Below are positions 1-9,742 of a stretch of 64,000 nt of DNA, one piece after another. This stretch comes from Ramlibacter sp. (GTDB taxonomy: Bacteria; Pseudomonadota; Gammaproteobacteria; Burkholderiales; Burkholderiaceae_C). The DNA is taken from NCBI RefSeq assembly GCF_035655895.1, contig NZ_DASRTN010000008.1, positions 333,536 through 397,535 on the forward strand, written 5' to 3'. Numbering within the stretch: the first letter of the stretch is position 1; every line of letters begins with the position of its first letter. Both the position numbers and the translations under genes were made by a program. The notes below the pieces were generated by a model. That model was not told the DNA's origin and searched no databases. It saw only the letters and a program-made list of their open reading frames with translations.

Positions 1-602
1 CCTTCGGCAAGGAATCGCTCGACGCGATGAACGTCGCGATCAAGAAGCGCGGCGGCGCCCCGGTGGCCATCGCGCCGGTGCCGCGCGGCACGGTGGACGT
101 CGCCAAGGCCGTCGAGGTGATCGCCGCCTCGAATGCGCAGGCCGTCTTCTACTTCGGCCAGGCCAAGCCGGCCGCGGCGCTGATCAACGGCATCCGCGCC
201 AAGGGCTCGCGCCCGCAGTTCATCGTGACGAGCGTCGCCTCGGGACTGCACGCCGAACTGAAGGAAGCATCGGCGGGCGTGATCGTCAGCCAGGTCGTGC
301 CCTATCCGTTCACCGAACTGGGCAACCCGGTCGTCAAGGAGTACCAGGCCACCATGGCCAAGCTGGACGAGAGCAAGCCCAGCTACAACAGCATGGAAGG
401 CTTCCTGAACGCCAAGGTGGTGGCCACCGCGCTCCAGAAGACGCCGCCGCCGCTCACCCGCGCCAAGCTGATCGCCACCCTCGAAAGCCTGAACAACGAA
501 GACATGGGCGGCTTCTCCATCACCTACGGCAAGCAGAGCAACCTTGGTTCGCGCTTCGTCGCGCTGACCATGATCCGCGCCGACGGTTCGTTCGCGCGCT
601 GA
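1..602 (+). CDS. ABC transporter substrate-binding protein, branched-chain amino acid/LivJ-like (5' end outside window)
   Basis: Frame open from the window edge; periplasmic binding protein type 1 C-terminal features (VIVSQVVPYP, YNSMEGFLNAKV, DMGGFSITY). Confidence 0.8.
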   Translation, partial: FGKESLDAMNVAIKKRGGAPVAIAPVPRGTVDVAKAVEVIAASNAQAVFYFGQAKPAAALINGIRAKGSRPQFIVTSVASGLHAELKEASAGVIVSQVVPYPFTELGNPVVKEYQATMAKLDESKPSYNSMEGFLNAKVVATALQKTPPPLTRAKLIATLESLNNEDMGGFSITYGKQSNLGSRFVALTMIRADGSFAR

Positions 603-617
603 GCGGGCGCGCGCCGG

Positions 618-1277
618 TCACCGGCGCGCGAACAGCGGCTGGTCGTAGTGCCCGACGCGCGTGTCGCGCCCCGCGATGCAGACCTCGCGGAACTGGTACA
701 GCACCGCCGCGGTGGGCGCCGCGATCCAGCCGTCGCCCACCGGCATGCGCAGGATCTGCCGGGAGGGCTCCTCGGAGGGCTCCAGCAACGGCGCGTCCTG
801 GCGCATGAATTCGCGAACCGGGATGCGGTGGATGCTGGCCACCTCGGCCGGATGGGGCACCGGCGCGCGCGCCGCACCGGCCCACACCACCACCGGCGTG
901 ATCACGAACCCCGAGCGGGTGACGTAGTCGTCGAGGCGCCCGAGCACCTGCGAGGGATCGATCTCCAGCGCGACCTCCTCGGCCAGTTCCCGCAGGGCCG
1001 CCGCCTCGGCGCTCTCGCCCTCGTCCACCCGCCCGCCGGGCAGCGCCCACTGGCCGGCATGGTTGCTGAGGGTGGCCGCCCGCCGGGTCAGGAGCAGGGC
1101 GGCCTCCCGGCTCCAGCCGACCGGCGCCGCGATGCCGGCCAGCGCGGCACCCGGTCCTTCCTCCACCAGCGCCACGGCGACTGCAGCCGGCCGGTGCTGG
1201 CCGGTGTCGGCACGGTGCACCTGGAACGCGGCGAGGTTGCGCACCACGGTCTCTCGCAGCGAGGCATCCAGCAGCAT
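618..1277 (-). CDS. Nudix hydrolase, CoA pyrophosphatase-like
   Basis: Nudix box GGRVDEGESAEAAALRELAEE, preceded by LLTRRAATLSNHAGQWALPG, typical of the NudL/CoA-pyrophosphatase subfamily. Confidence 0.9.
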   Translation of the reverse strand: MLLDASLRETVVRNLAAFQVHRADTGQHRPAAVAVALVEEGPGAALAGIAAPVGWSREAALLLTRRAATLSNHAGQWALPGGRVDEGESAEAAALRELAEEVALEIDPSQVLGRLDDYVTRSGFVITPVVVWAGAARAPVPHPAEVASIHRIPVREFMRQDAPLLEPSEEPSRQILRMPVGDGWIAAPTAAVLYQFREVCIAGRDTRVGHYDQPLFARR

Positions 1278-1492
1278 GCGTCGATTGTGCAGCGCCGCGG
1301 CGCCCTTCAGACGCGCGGCGGATCGGTCTCGCGCCCGACGTCGTGGTGCGCCACGAGCGCCGACACGGACACGGGCGTGCCATCGTCGGCCTCGTCCGCT
1401 ACCGGCATGTTGCTGCCCACCGGGTCCCAGTTGCGCTGGGCGGCGCAGAACCTGACGCGATGGTGGCGGCGGCCGTCCCTATGATCCGGGGC

Positions 1493-1981
1493 ATGTCCGT
1501 CACCATCCGCCCGGCCACCGCTGCCGATGCCGACACGCTGGCCGCCTTCAACGTGGCGATGGCCCTGGAGACCGAGCACCGCCGCCTGCGCCCGGACGTC
1601 GTCGGGCGCGGTGTGCGCCGCCTGCTGGCGACGCCGGCCCTGGGCTTCTATCTCGTGGCCGAGGCAGCCGGGCAGGTGGTCGGCTCGGCGATGGTGACCA
1701 GCGAGTGGAGCGACTGGCGCGACGGCCGCTTCTGGTGGATCCAGAGCGTGTATGTGCAGCCGGCCAGCCGGCGCCAGGGCGTCTTCCGTGCGCTGCACCG
1801 GGCGATCCATGCACGCGCCGCGGACGAGCCCGATGTCTGCGGACTGCGGCTCTACGTCGAGCAGGACAACCAGGTCGCGCTGGCCACGTACCGCAGCCTG
1901 GGCATGGCATCGACCGGGTACCGGCTGCTGGAGGAGCTGCGACCCGGCCTGCGCTGGCTGGCCGACGATGAGGGGCGGTAG
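1493..1981 (+). CDS. GNAT family N-acetyltransferase
   Basis: MSVTIRPAT start; WIQSVYVQPASRRQGVF acetyl-CoA binding motif; LRLYVEQDNQVALATYRSLG. Confidence 0.9.
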   Translation: MSVTIRPATAADADTLAAFNVAMALETEHRRLRPDVVGRGVRRLLATPALGFYLVAEAAGQVVGSAMVTSEWSDWRDGRFWWIQSVYVQPASRRQGVFRALHRAIHARAADEPDVCGLRLYVEQDNQVALATYRSLGMASTGYRLLEELRPGLRWLADDEGR

Positions 1982-2062
1982 CGCTCACGCCGTTACGGGT
2001 GTTGCAACTGCCGCCTTGCATTGCCGCCGATGCGCGGCCAAGCTCAGCCATTCGAGGAACGG

Positions 2063-2308
2063 ATGGGAGGACCGGCTGTGGATCGCAAGCACGCCACCAG
2101 CACGACAACGAATCAGCAGGAGGCAGCGCCCTCCCACGGCCTGATCGCCCGGCTGCTGCGGACCTGGGGCGCCCCGGTGCTGCTGCGGGTGCGCGGGCAG
2201 CCGACGGCCGACCTGCGACCGGCCGGCTCGCGCAGCGGCCACGGCTCGGGCAGCATCGAGCCCTACCTCAGTCAGGGCCGCAGCACGCGCCCTGGCGACC
2301 TGACGTGA
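2063..2308 (+). CDS. small hypothetical protein (start uncertain)
   Basis: ORF with SD-like GAGGA before ATG 2063, co-oriented with its neighbours; no recognisable domain. Confidence 0.35.
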   Translation: MGGPAVDRKHATSTTTNQQEAAPSHGLIARLLRTWGAPVLLRVRGQPTADLRPAGSRSGHGSGSIEPYLSQGRSTRPGDLT

Positions 2309-2401
2309 TCCGCGCAGCAGCGGCAGGCCGTGGCGCCACCACCGATGTGGCTCTGCATGTCTGCCCTCGGCTGCTAGAGTTGCGTGCGAGGAAACAGACC
2401 G

Positions 2402-2773
2402 ATGCGCCCTTCGTCCACTGTCGAGCTCAAGGCAGTCGCCGTGCAGCTGCTGGCGGAACTGGATGCCTATGAGCCGGATCTGGACCGGCTGATGCGGGCG
2501 GCCGACGACGAGGCGCTCTACGCCCGCAACGCCGCGCAGTTCGACGCGATCCGTGCCTTCGCCACCTGCCTGCCCAGCGTGCAGGTCTGCTGGGTCGAAG
2601 TCCTCATCAGCCGCTTCGAGCTGATGGAGGAACTCTGGCGCAAGCACGAGGCCAAGGCTCCCCGCACCCGCACCGTTGCCCTGCACGCCAAGCACAGGGC
2701 GGCCTTGCGGATCCTGCGGGACCTCTGCGCGCGCAAGTACGCGGGCGCCGGAAGTCCCGGCGCCGCCCACTGA
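2402..2773 (+). CDS. hypothetical helical protein
   Basis: SD-like GAGGA upstream; normal amino acid composition with amphipathic helices, unlike the Arg/Pro/Gly-rich shadow ORFs. Confidence 0.7.
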   Translation: MRPSSTVELKAVAVQLLAELDAYEPDLDRLMRAADDEALYARNAAQFDAIRAFATCLPSVQVCWVEVLISRFELMEELWRKHEAKAPRTRTVALHAKHRAALRILRDLCARKYAGAGSPGAAH

Positions 2774-2885
2774 CGGATCGCGCGCGGGCGGCCCCGGCCA
2801 CTCGATGGGCGCTTCGCGCCCACCGCAGGCCCGCAAGATGGTGTGTTCCCGCCGTTGGCCGGCACGTCGCCCGCGGTGCGGCCTC

Positions 2886-2901
2886 GTAGGGGCCGTCCTA
2901 T
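2886..2901. promoter_or_regulatory. dyad motif GTAGG-N6-CCTAT (candidate regulator site, copy 1)
   Basis: GTAGGGGCCGTCCTAT; same arms and spacing as copies at 42050 and 57823. Confidence 0.4.
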
Positions 2902-2979
2902 CCCGCGGTGGGCGAACGCCTGAACGCCTGATGCGTGTCGACCGGCAACCGGGGCGCGTGCCCGCAGGTACAAAGAAGC

Positions 2980-3213
2980 ATGTCGTCGCACACCGCCCTT
3001 CTCAAGAGCATCCTGAGATTCCACGGGCGCGACCCGCAAGGCTATGACGTGCAGCTGCAGGAGGACGGCACGGTCAGCGTCCGGGGCCCGGGCGCTGCGG
3101 CGTTCTATCCGCAGCCGGCCTGGACGACGAAGTTCATCCGGCATCTGCTGCGCGGCTTCTACGATCCCGTGACGTCGCCGGCCGGCCAGGGCGCCGGAGT
3201 GACCGAGCGCTGA
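2980..3213 (+). CDS. small hypothetical protein
   Basis: 77 aa with normal composition (MSSHTALLKSILRFHGRDPQGYDVQLQEDGTVSV...); converges on the LysR gene. Confidence 0.6.
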   Translation: MSSHTALLKSILRFHGRDPQGYDVQLQEDGTVSVRGPGAAAFYPQPAWTTKFIRHLLRGFYDPVTSPAGQGAGVTER

Positions 3214-3272
3214 AAGCGCCCGCGGTCACGCGCCATCGTGCCGCGTCGCCTGTGTCCGCACCGCGTCCGCCT

Positions 3273-4178
3273 TCAGGACTGCGGAAGATGGGTGAACAGC
3301 TCCACTGCCCAATCGACGAAGGCCCGCACCTTGCCGCTCAGATGCCGGTTGGGCGGGTACACCACGTGCACGGGGATCGAGGGGCACGACCACTCCGGCA
3401 GCACGCGGACCAGCTGCCCCGACGCGAGGTAGGGTGCCGCGACGAAGGAAGCAGTCTGCGACAGCCCCAGTCCGTGCAGAAGCCCTTCGAGGTGCGCATT
3501 GCTGTCGTTGACCGAGAGCTTGTAGCGGCCGGTCCATTCGATGGTTTCGCCGTCCCGCACGAACACGTCCGGATAGAAGCGGCCGGTGCGCTCGGAGAAG
3601 TACGCCAGCATCGCGTGCCCCTGGTCCAGGTCCGACGGGTGCCGTGGGACGCCATGCCGGCGCAGGTACTCGGGTGAGGCCACCGTGATCACGTCGAGAT
3701 TGGCGATGCGGCGCGCCACCAGCGATTCGTCCACCAGGTCGCCGCCGCGGATCACGCAGTCGATGTTGTCGGTGATCAGGTTCACCGGTCGGTCACCCAC
3801 GCCCAGGTCCAGCTGGATCTCGGGATACCGTTCGTAGAACGCCGGCAGCGCCGGGATGACCACCAGCCGCGCGACCGACGCACCGACGTCCACGCGCAGC
3901 CGGCCGCTGGGCATGGCATGCGCGTTCATCATGCTGGCCTCGATGTCGTCCAGGTCGTTCAGCACGCGGGTCGCGCGCTCGTAGTACACCGCTCCGTCGG
4001 GCGTGACGCTGACGCGCCGGGTCGTGCGGTTCAGCAGCCGCACCTTCAGGCGCGCTTCCAGGTGCTGCACGAGCTTGGTCACGGTCCCCTTGGGCAGGTC
4101 CAGCGAGACCGCGGCTTTCGTGAAGCTGCCGGCTTCCACCACGCGCGCGAACACCCGCATGGTCTGAATCTGATCCAT
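3273..4178 (-). CDS. LysR family transcriptional regulator (CrgA-like)
   Basis: N-terminal HTH MDQIQTMRVFARVVEAGSFTKAA...LLNRTTRRVSVTPDG; substrate-binding domain; divergent from the efflux operon. Confidence 0.95.
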   Translation of the reverse strand: MDQIQTMRVFARVVEAGSFTKAAVSLDLPKGTVTKLVQHLEARLKVRLLNRTTRRVSVTPDGAVYYERATRVLNDLDDIEASMMNAHAMPSGRLRVDVGASVARLVVIPALPAFYERYPEIQLDLGVGDRPVNLITDNIDCVIRGGDLVDESLVARRIANLDVITVASPEYLRRHGVPRHPSDLDQGHAMLAYFSERTGRFYPDVFVRDGETIEWTGRYKLSVNDSNAHLEGLLHGLGLSQTASFVAAPYLASGQLVRVLPEWSCPSIPVHVVYPPNRHLSGKVRAFVDWAVELFTHLPQS

Positions 4179-4217
4179 CCATCCTCCTCCTCGGCTGGTG
4201 GTCCAGCCCGGCCGCAT

Positions 4218-4236
4218 TGTTCACGGACTTGAAACA
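4218..4236. promoter_or_regulatory. LysR recognition box (T-N11-A with dyad arms)
   Basis: TGTT-CACGGACTTGA-AACA between the divergent LysR and hydrolase genes. Confidence 0.65.
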
Positions 4237-4292
4237 GAGAACTGGTCGAACACGGCTTTATCCGCTCCCGGCGCGTGCCTATAGTCGTCGCC

Positions 4293-5138
4293 ATGTCACA
4301 ACCTGCCCTTGCTCCGAACGCGCCCGGCGCGATCGCCGAGAAGCCGGCCAGCATCGCCGTGGACGGCTTCGGTCCGGTGGAGGTCCGCATCTACGGCCGC
4401 AAGCGGCCGGGGGCTGCGGCGCCGCTGGTGCTGCATTTCCACGGGGGCACCTTCGTCAGCGGCGGCCTGGACAACGGGGCCTGGATGGCGCGGATGCTGG
4501 CGCAGCTGGGCGCGGTGGTGGTGTCCGTCGCCTACCCGCTGGCGCCGGCGCATCCGTTCCCCCAGGCCGTCGAGGCCGGCTACGCAGCCCTGGCCTGGAC
4601 CTACAAGCAACGCACCCGGCTGGCTGGCGCCGGCGCCAAGGTCTACCTGGCCGGCGAGGAAGCCGGCGGCAACCTGGCCGCGGCCGTCGGCATGGTGGCG
4701 CGCGACCGCGGCCACCCGCCGCTCGACGGCCAGGTGCTGGTCGCGCCCATGCTCGACCCGTGCGTGGGCACCGCGTCGCTGCGCCAGCGCCAGGCGAGCG
4801 ACACCGTCTGCAAGTGGGCCGATGGCTGGCAGCAGTACCTGCGCAGCCCGCGTGACGCCGAGCATCCCTACGCGGTGCCGGCGCACGCGACGCGGCTGGC
4901 GGGGCTGCCGCCCGCGCTGGTGCTCACCGGCCAGGACGATCCGATGCGCGACGAGGCGTTGGCCTATGCGCAGCGCCTGCGCGATGCCGGCATCCCGGTC
5001 ACCACCGGCGTCCTGGGGACGACCACCGGCTGGCCGGACGCGCTCGCCGAGGTGCCGCCCCCGCCGTGCCCGTGCGAGGCCGCAGTGAAGCGTCACCTGC
5101 ACGCGTTCCTCTATCCGGCGACGCCACCGCCTTCGTAG
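4293..5138 (+). CDS. alpha/beta hydrolase fold protein (HSL/esterase family, LlpE-like), with GEEAGG instead of GDSAGG
   Basis: HFHGGTFVSG oxyanion motif, YPLAPAHPFP, GQDDPMRDE; first gene of the RND operon, as llpE is in Burkholderia ceo/bpe loci. Confidence 0.85.
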   Translation: MSQPALAPNAPGAIAEKPASIAVDGFGPVEVRIYGRKRPGAAAPLVLHFHGGTFVSGGLDNGAWMARMLAQLGAVVVSVAYPLAPAHPFPQAVEAGYAALAWTYKQRTRLAGAGAKVYLAGEEAGGNLAAAVGMVARDRGHPPLDGQVLVAPMLDPCVGTASLRQRQASDTVCKWADGWQQYLRSPRDAEHPYAVPAHATRLAGLPPALVLTGQDDPMRDEALAYAQRLRDAGIPVTTGVLGTTTGWPDALAEVPPPPCPCEAAVKRHLHAFLYPATPPPS

Positions 5139-5257
5139 AGGCTCCCCTTCCACCTCCAGACCGGTCGGCGGCCCGCCGTGCGACCTCCCCGGTGTCGACC
5201 CGCGCGGTCGGCGCCATGGCCCCCTTTTGCCCGAAAACAACGTCCAAGGAAGAAACC

Positions 5258-6487
5258 ATGACCACCGACCGCCAACATGTTCGCCACCGCAAGCTCTGGA
5301 CCGCGGTGGGCTCCCTCACCGCCCTGGCTGCCGTCGCCTCCGCGCTGTTCGCCACCGCCGGCAGCAAGGCCGGCAGCCCCGCCGATGCCGGCGTGCCGCC
5401 GCCCACGCCCGTGTCCGTCGCCGCAGTCGCCGAGAGCGAGGTCACCGTCTGGGACGAGTTCTCCGGACGCCTGGAGGCGGTCGAGCGCGTCGACGTGCGC
5501 TCCCGCGTCGCCGGCGCCGTGCAGGCCGTGCACTTCCGCGAAGGCGCGCTGGTGCGCAAGGGCGACCTGCTGGTGACCATCGATCCGGCGCCCTACGCGG
5601 CCGAGGTCGACCGCGCCGAGGCGCAGCTGGCAGCCGCCCAGGCGCGGCTGACGCACGCGCAGAGCGACCATTCGCGCGCGCAGCGGCTGTGGAACGAGCA
5701 GGCCATCTCGCAGCGCGAGTACGAGGACAGGACCAATGGTCTGCGCGAGGCCGAGGCCAACGTGCGCGCCGCGCAGGCGCAGCGCGACGTCGCCCGCCTG
5801 AACCTGGGCTATACCCAGGTGCGCGCCCCGGTCGCAGGCCGCATCGGCCGCATCGAGGTCACCGCCGGCAACCTGGTGGCGGCGGGGCCGGGCGCGCCGG
5901 TGCTGACCACGCTGGTGTCGGTCTCGCCGATCTACGCGAGCTTTGACACCGACGAGCGCATCATCACCCGCGCCCTGAAGGACATCGGCAGCCCGGGGCA
6001 GGGCGCCCGCGCCCTGATCGAGCGCATCCCCGTGCAGATGGGCACCTCGGGCGGGGAGCTGTCCCACCTCGGCCGGCTCCAGCTGATCGACAACCAGGTC
6101 GACGCCAGGAGCGGCACCGTGCGCGTGCGGGCGGCCTTCGAGAACAAGGACGGGGCCCTGATGCCGGGCCAGTTCGCGCGCATCCGCATGGGCCAGCCGC
6201 AGCCGGTGCGCGCGCTGCTCGTGAACGAGCGCGCGGTCGGCACCGACCAGAACAAGAAGTTCGTGCTGGTGGTCGGCGAGGGCAACAAGGTCGAGTACCG
6301 GGAGGTGGCGCTCGGGGCCGCGGTCAACGGCCTGCGCGTGGTGCAGGACGGCCTCAAGCCGGGCGAGCGCATCGTGGTCAACGGCCTGCAGCGCGTGCGC
6401 CCGGGCAGCGTGGTGCAGCCGCAGGCGGTGGCGATGGACGCCAAGCCGGAGCTCGCCGCGGCCAAGCCGGCCGGCGGCAAGTCCTGA
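5258..6487 (+). CDS. RND efflux periplasmic adaptor subunit (MFP; CeoA/BpeE/MexE-like)
   Basis: WDEFSGRLEAVERVDVRSRVAG, lipoyl-like VRKGDLLVTIDP, helical hairpin, YTQVRAPVAGRIG; SD AAGGA upstream. Confidence 0.95.
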   Translation: MTTDRQHVRHRKLWTAVGSLTALAAVASALFATAGSKAGSPADAGVPPPTPVSVAAVAESEVTVWDEFSGRLEAVERVDVRSRVAGAVQAVHFREGALVRKGDLLVTIDPAPYAAEVDRAEAQLAAAQARLTHAQSDHSRAQRLWNEQAISQREYEDRTNGLREAEANVRAAQAQRDVARLNLGYTQVRAPVAGRIGRIEVTAGNLVAAGPGAPVLTTLVSVSPIYASFDTDERIITRALKDIGSPGQGARALIERIPVQMGTSGGELSHLGRLQLIDNQVDARSGTVRVRAAFENKDGALMPGQFARIRMGQPQPVRALLVNERAVGTDQNKKFVLVVGEGNKVEYREVALGAAVNGLRVVQDGLKPGERIVVNGLQRVRPGSVVQPQAVAMDAKPELAAAKPAGGKS

Positions 6488-6509
6488 ACGGCGGTCCGGA
6501 GACCTCGCC

Positions 6510-9500
6510 ATGAACCTGTCCAAGTTCTTCATCGACCGGCCGATCTTCGCCGGCGTGCTCTCGCTGCTGATCTTCCTCAGCGGCCTCATCGCCCTGCGGG
6601 GCCTGCCGATCTCGGAATACCCCGAGGTGGTGCCGCCCACGGTGGTGGTGCGCGCGACCTATCCCGGCGCCAACCCGAAGGTGATCGCCGAAACCGTGGC
6701 GACGCCGCTGGAGGAGGCCATCAACGGCGTGGAAGGCATGCTCTACATGGGCAGCCAGGCCACGACCGACGGCCTGATGACGCTCAGCGTCACCTTCCGG
6801 CTCGGCACCGATCCTGACAAGGCGCAGCAGCTGGTGCAGAACCGGGTGGCGCAGGCCGAGGCGCGGCTGCCGGAGGAGGTGCGCCGGCTGGGCATCACCA
6901 CCATCAAGAGCTCGCCCGACCTCACGCTGGTGGTGCACCTGCTGTCGCCCGGCAACCGCTACGACATGACCTACCTGCGCAACTACGCGGTCCTGAACGT
7001 GAAGGACCGGCTGGCGCGCGTGCAGGGCGTCGGCGACGTGCAGCTGTTCGGCTCGGGCGACTACTCGATGCGGGTCTGGCTCGATCCGCAGAAGGTGGCG
7101 CAGCGCGGCCTGTCGGCCGGCGACGTCGTGCGCGCGATCCGCGAGCAGAACGTGCAGGCGGCCGCCGGGGTGGTCGGCGCCTCGCCGGGGCTCAAGGGCG
7201 TGGACCTGCAGCTGTCGGTGAACGCCCAGGGACGCCTGCAGAGCGAAGAGGAGTTCGGCGACATCATCGTCAAGTCGGGCGCGGAAGGCGCGGTCACGCG
7301 GCTGCGCGACGTGGCGCGCCTCGAGCTGGGTGCCGCCGGTTATTCGCTGCGCTCGCTGCTGGACAACAAGGACGCCGTGGCCGTGCCGATCTTCGCCGCG
7401 CCCGGCTCGAACGCGATCGAGATCTCGAACGGCGTGCGCGCCACCATGGCCGAGCTCAAGCAGTCGATGCCCGAGGGCGTGGACTACGAGATCGTGTACG
7501 ACCCGACGCAGTTCGTGCGGGCGTCGATCGAGTCGGTGGTGCACACCCTGCTGGAGGCCATCCTGCTGGTCGTGCTGGTGGTCATCCTGTTCCTGCAGAC
7601 CTGGCGTGCCAGCGTGATCCCGCTGCTGGCCGTGCCGGTGTCGGTGGTGGGCACCTTTGCCGTCATGCACCTGCTGGGCTTCTCGATCAACGCGCTCAGC
7701 CTGTTCGGGCTGGTGCTGGCGATCGGCATCGTGGTGGACGACGCCATCGTGGTCGTCGAGAACGTGGAGCGCAACATCGAGGCCGGCCTGTCGCCGCGCG
7801 ACGCCACCTACCGCGCGATGCGCGAGGTGTCGGGGCCGATCATCGCCATCGCGCTGGTGCTGGTGGCCGTCTTCGTGCCGCTGGCCTTCATCAGCGGCCT
7901 GACGGGCCAGTTCTACCGCCAGTTCGCGGTGACCATCGCGATCTCCACCGTGATCTCCGCGGTCAACTCGCTCACGCTCTCGCCGGCGCTCGCGGCGCTG
8001 CTGCTCAAGGGCCATGACGCGCCCCGGGATGCGCTGACGCGCGGGATGGACCGGGTGCTCGGCGGCTTCTTCGCGCGCTTCAACCGCGCCTTCGGCCGTG
8101 CCTCGGAAGGCTACTCGAGCGGGCTCAAGGGCGTGGTCTCGCGCAAGGCGCTGGCGCTGGGCGTCTACCTGGTGCTGGCCGCCGCCACGCTGGGGCTGTT
8201 CAAGCTGGTGCCGCACGGCTTCGTGCCGGCCCAGGACAAGCAGTACCTGATCGGCTTCGCGCAGCTGCCCGACGGGGCCACCCTGGACCGCACCGAGGAC
8301 GTGATCCGCCGCATGAGCGAGATCACGCTCAAGCAGCCGGGCGTGGAGCACGCGGTGGCCTTCCCCGGCCTGTCGATCAACGGCTTCACCAACAGCTCCA
8401 ACTCGGGCATCGTGTTCGCGACGCTCAAGCCGTTCGACGAGCGGCGCGGCGCCGGCCAGAGCGCCGACGCCATCGCGGGGCAGTTGAACGCGCAGTTCGG
8501 CCAGCTGCAGGACGCGTTCGTGATGATGTTCCCGCCGCCGCCCGTGCAGGGCCTGGGCACCACGGGCGGCTTCAAGCTGCAGCTGGAAGACCGCGGCTCG
8601 CTCGGCTACGAGGCGCTGGACGGCGCGCTCAAGGCGTTCATGGCCAAGGCGTCGCAGGCGCCGGAGCTGGCCGGGCTGTTCTCGAGCTTCCAGCTGAACG
8701 TGCCGCAGCTGTATGCCGACATCGACCGCACCAAGGCGCGCCAGCTGGGCGTCTCGGTGACCGACGTGTTCGACACGATGCAGATCTACCTGGGCAGCCT
8801 GTACGCGAACGACTTCAACAAGTTCGGGCGGACCTACTCGGTGCGGGTGCAGGCCGACGCGCCGTACCGCGCGCGGGCCGAGGACATCGGGCTGCTCAAG
8901 GTGCGGTCGAGCACCGGCGAGATGGTGCCGCTGTCGGCACTGATGGCGGTCCGCCCGAGCTTCGGGCCGGAGCGCGCGATGCGCTACAACGGCTACCTCA
9001 CCGCCGACATCAATGGCGGGCCGGCGCCCGGCTACTCGTCGGGGCAGGCGCAGGACGCCGTCGTGCGCATCGCCGCCGAAACGCTGCCGCCCGGCATCCG
9101 CTTCGAGTGGACCGACCTGACCTACCAGGAGATCCTGGCCGGCAACTCGGCGGCGTGGGTGTTCCCGCTGGCCATCCTGCTGGTGTTCCTGGTGCTGGCG
9201 GCGCAGTACGAGAGCCTGGCGCTGCCGCTCGCGATCATCCTGATCGTGCCGATGGGCCTGCTGGCCGCCATGACCGGCGTGTGGCTCTCGCGCGGCGACA
9301 ACAACGTCTTCACCCAGATCGGGTTGATGGTGCTGGTGGGGCTGTCGGCCAAGAACGCCATCCTGATCGTGGAGTTCGCGCGCGAGCTGGAGTTCGCCGG
9401 GCGCACCCCGGTGCAGGCCGCGCTGGAGGCGAGCCGCCTGCGCCTGCGGCCGATCCTGATGACGTCGATGGCGTTCGTGATGGGCGTGCTGCCGCTGGTG

Positions 9501-9737
9501 CTGTCCACCGGCGCAGGCGCCGAGATGCGCCAGGCGATGGGCGTCGCGGTGTTCGCCGGGATGATCGGCGTGACCGCGTTTGGCCTGTTCCTCACGCCGG
9601 TCTTCTACGTGGTGCTGCGCGCCCTGGCCGGCAACCGCCCGCTCAAGCTGCACGGCGAGGTGCCGCACGTCGAAGGCTTCGCCTCGGGCGGTGGCGGCTC
9701 GTTCAAGCCGCTGCCCGCCGCCCCGCGCCAGGACTGA
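6510..9737 (+). CDS. RND efflux permease, HAE1 family (CeoB/BpeF/MexF/OqxB-like)
   Basis: 1075 aa; MNLSKFFIDRPIFA start, GIVVDDAIVVVENVER, AKNAILIVEFA, RLRPILMTS. Confidence 0.97.
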   Translation: MNLSKFFIDRPIFAGVLSLLIFLSGLIALRGLPISEYPEVVPPTVVVRATYPGANPKVIAETVATPLEEAINGVEGMLYMGSQATTDGLMTLSVTFRLGTDPDKAQQLVQNRVAQAEARLPEEVRRLGITTIKSSPDLTLVVHLLSPGNRYDMTYLRNYAVLNVKDRLARVQGVGDVQLFGSGDYSMRVWLDPQKVAQRGLSAGDVVRAIREQNVQAAAGVVGASPGLKGVDLQLSVNAQGRLQSEEEFGDIIVKSGAEGAVTRLRDVARLELGAAGYSLRSLLDNKDAVAVPIFAAPGSNAIEISNGVRATMAELKQSMPEGVDYEIVYDPTQFVRASIESVVHTLLEAILLVVLVVILFLQTWRASVIPLLAVPVSVVGTFAVMHLLGFSINALSLFGLVLAIGIVVDDAIVVVENVERNIEAGLSPRDATYRAMREVSGPIIAIALVLVAVFVPLAFISGLTGQFYRQFAVTIAISTVISAVNSLTLSPALAALLLKGHDAPRDALTRGMDRVLGGFFARFNRAFGRASEGYSSGLKGVVSRKALALGVYLVLAAATLGLFKLVPHGFVPAQDKQYLIGFAQLPDGATLDRTEDVIRRMSEITLKQPGVEHAVAFPGLSINGFTNSSNSGIVFATLKPFDERRGAGQSADAIAGQLNAQFGQLQDAFVMMFPPPPVQGLGTTGGFKLQLEDRGSLGYEALDGALKAFMAKASQAPELAGLFSSFQLNVPQLYADIDRTKARQLGVSVTDVFDTMQIYLGSLYANDFNKFGRTYSVRVQADAPYRARAEDIGLLKVRSSTGEMVPLSALMAVRPSFGPERAMRYNGYLTADINGGPAPGYSSGQAQDAVVRIAAETLPPGIRFEWTDLTYQEILAGNSAAWVFPLAILLVFLVLAAQYESLALPLAIILIVPMGLLAAMTGVWLSRGDNNVFTQIGLMVLVGLSAKNAILIVEFARELEFAGRTPVQAALEASRLRLRPILMTSMAFVMGVLPLVLSTGAGAEMRQAMGVAVFAGMIGVTAFGLFLTPVFYVVLRALAGNRPLKLHGEVPHVEGFASGGGGSFKPLPAAPRQD

Positions 9738-9742
9738 AGGAG

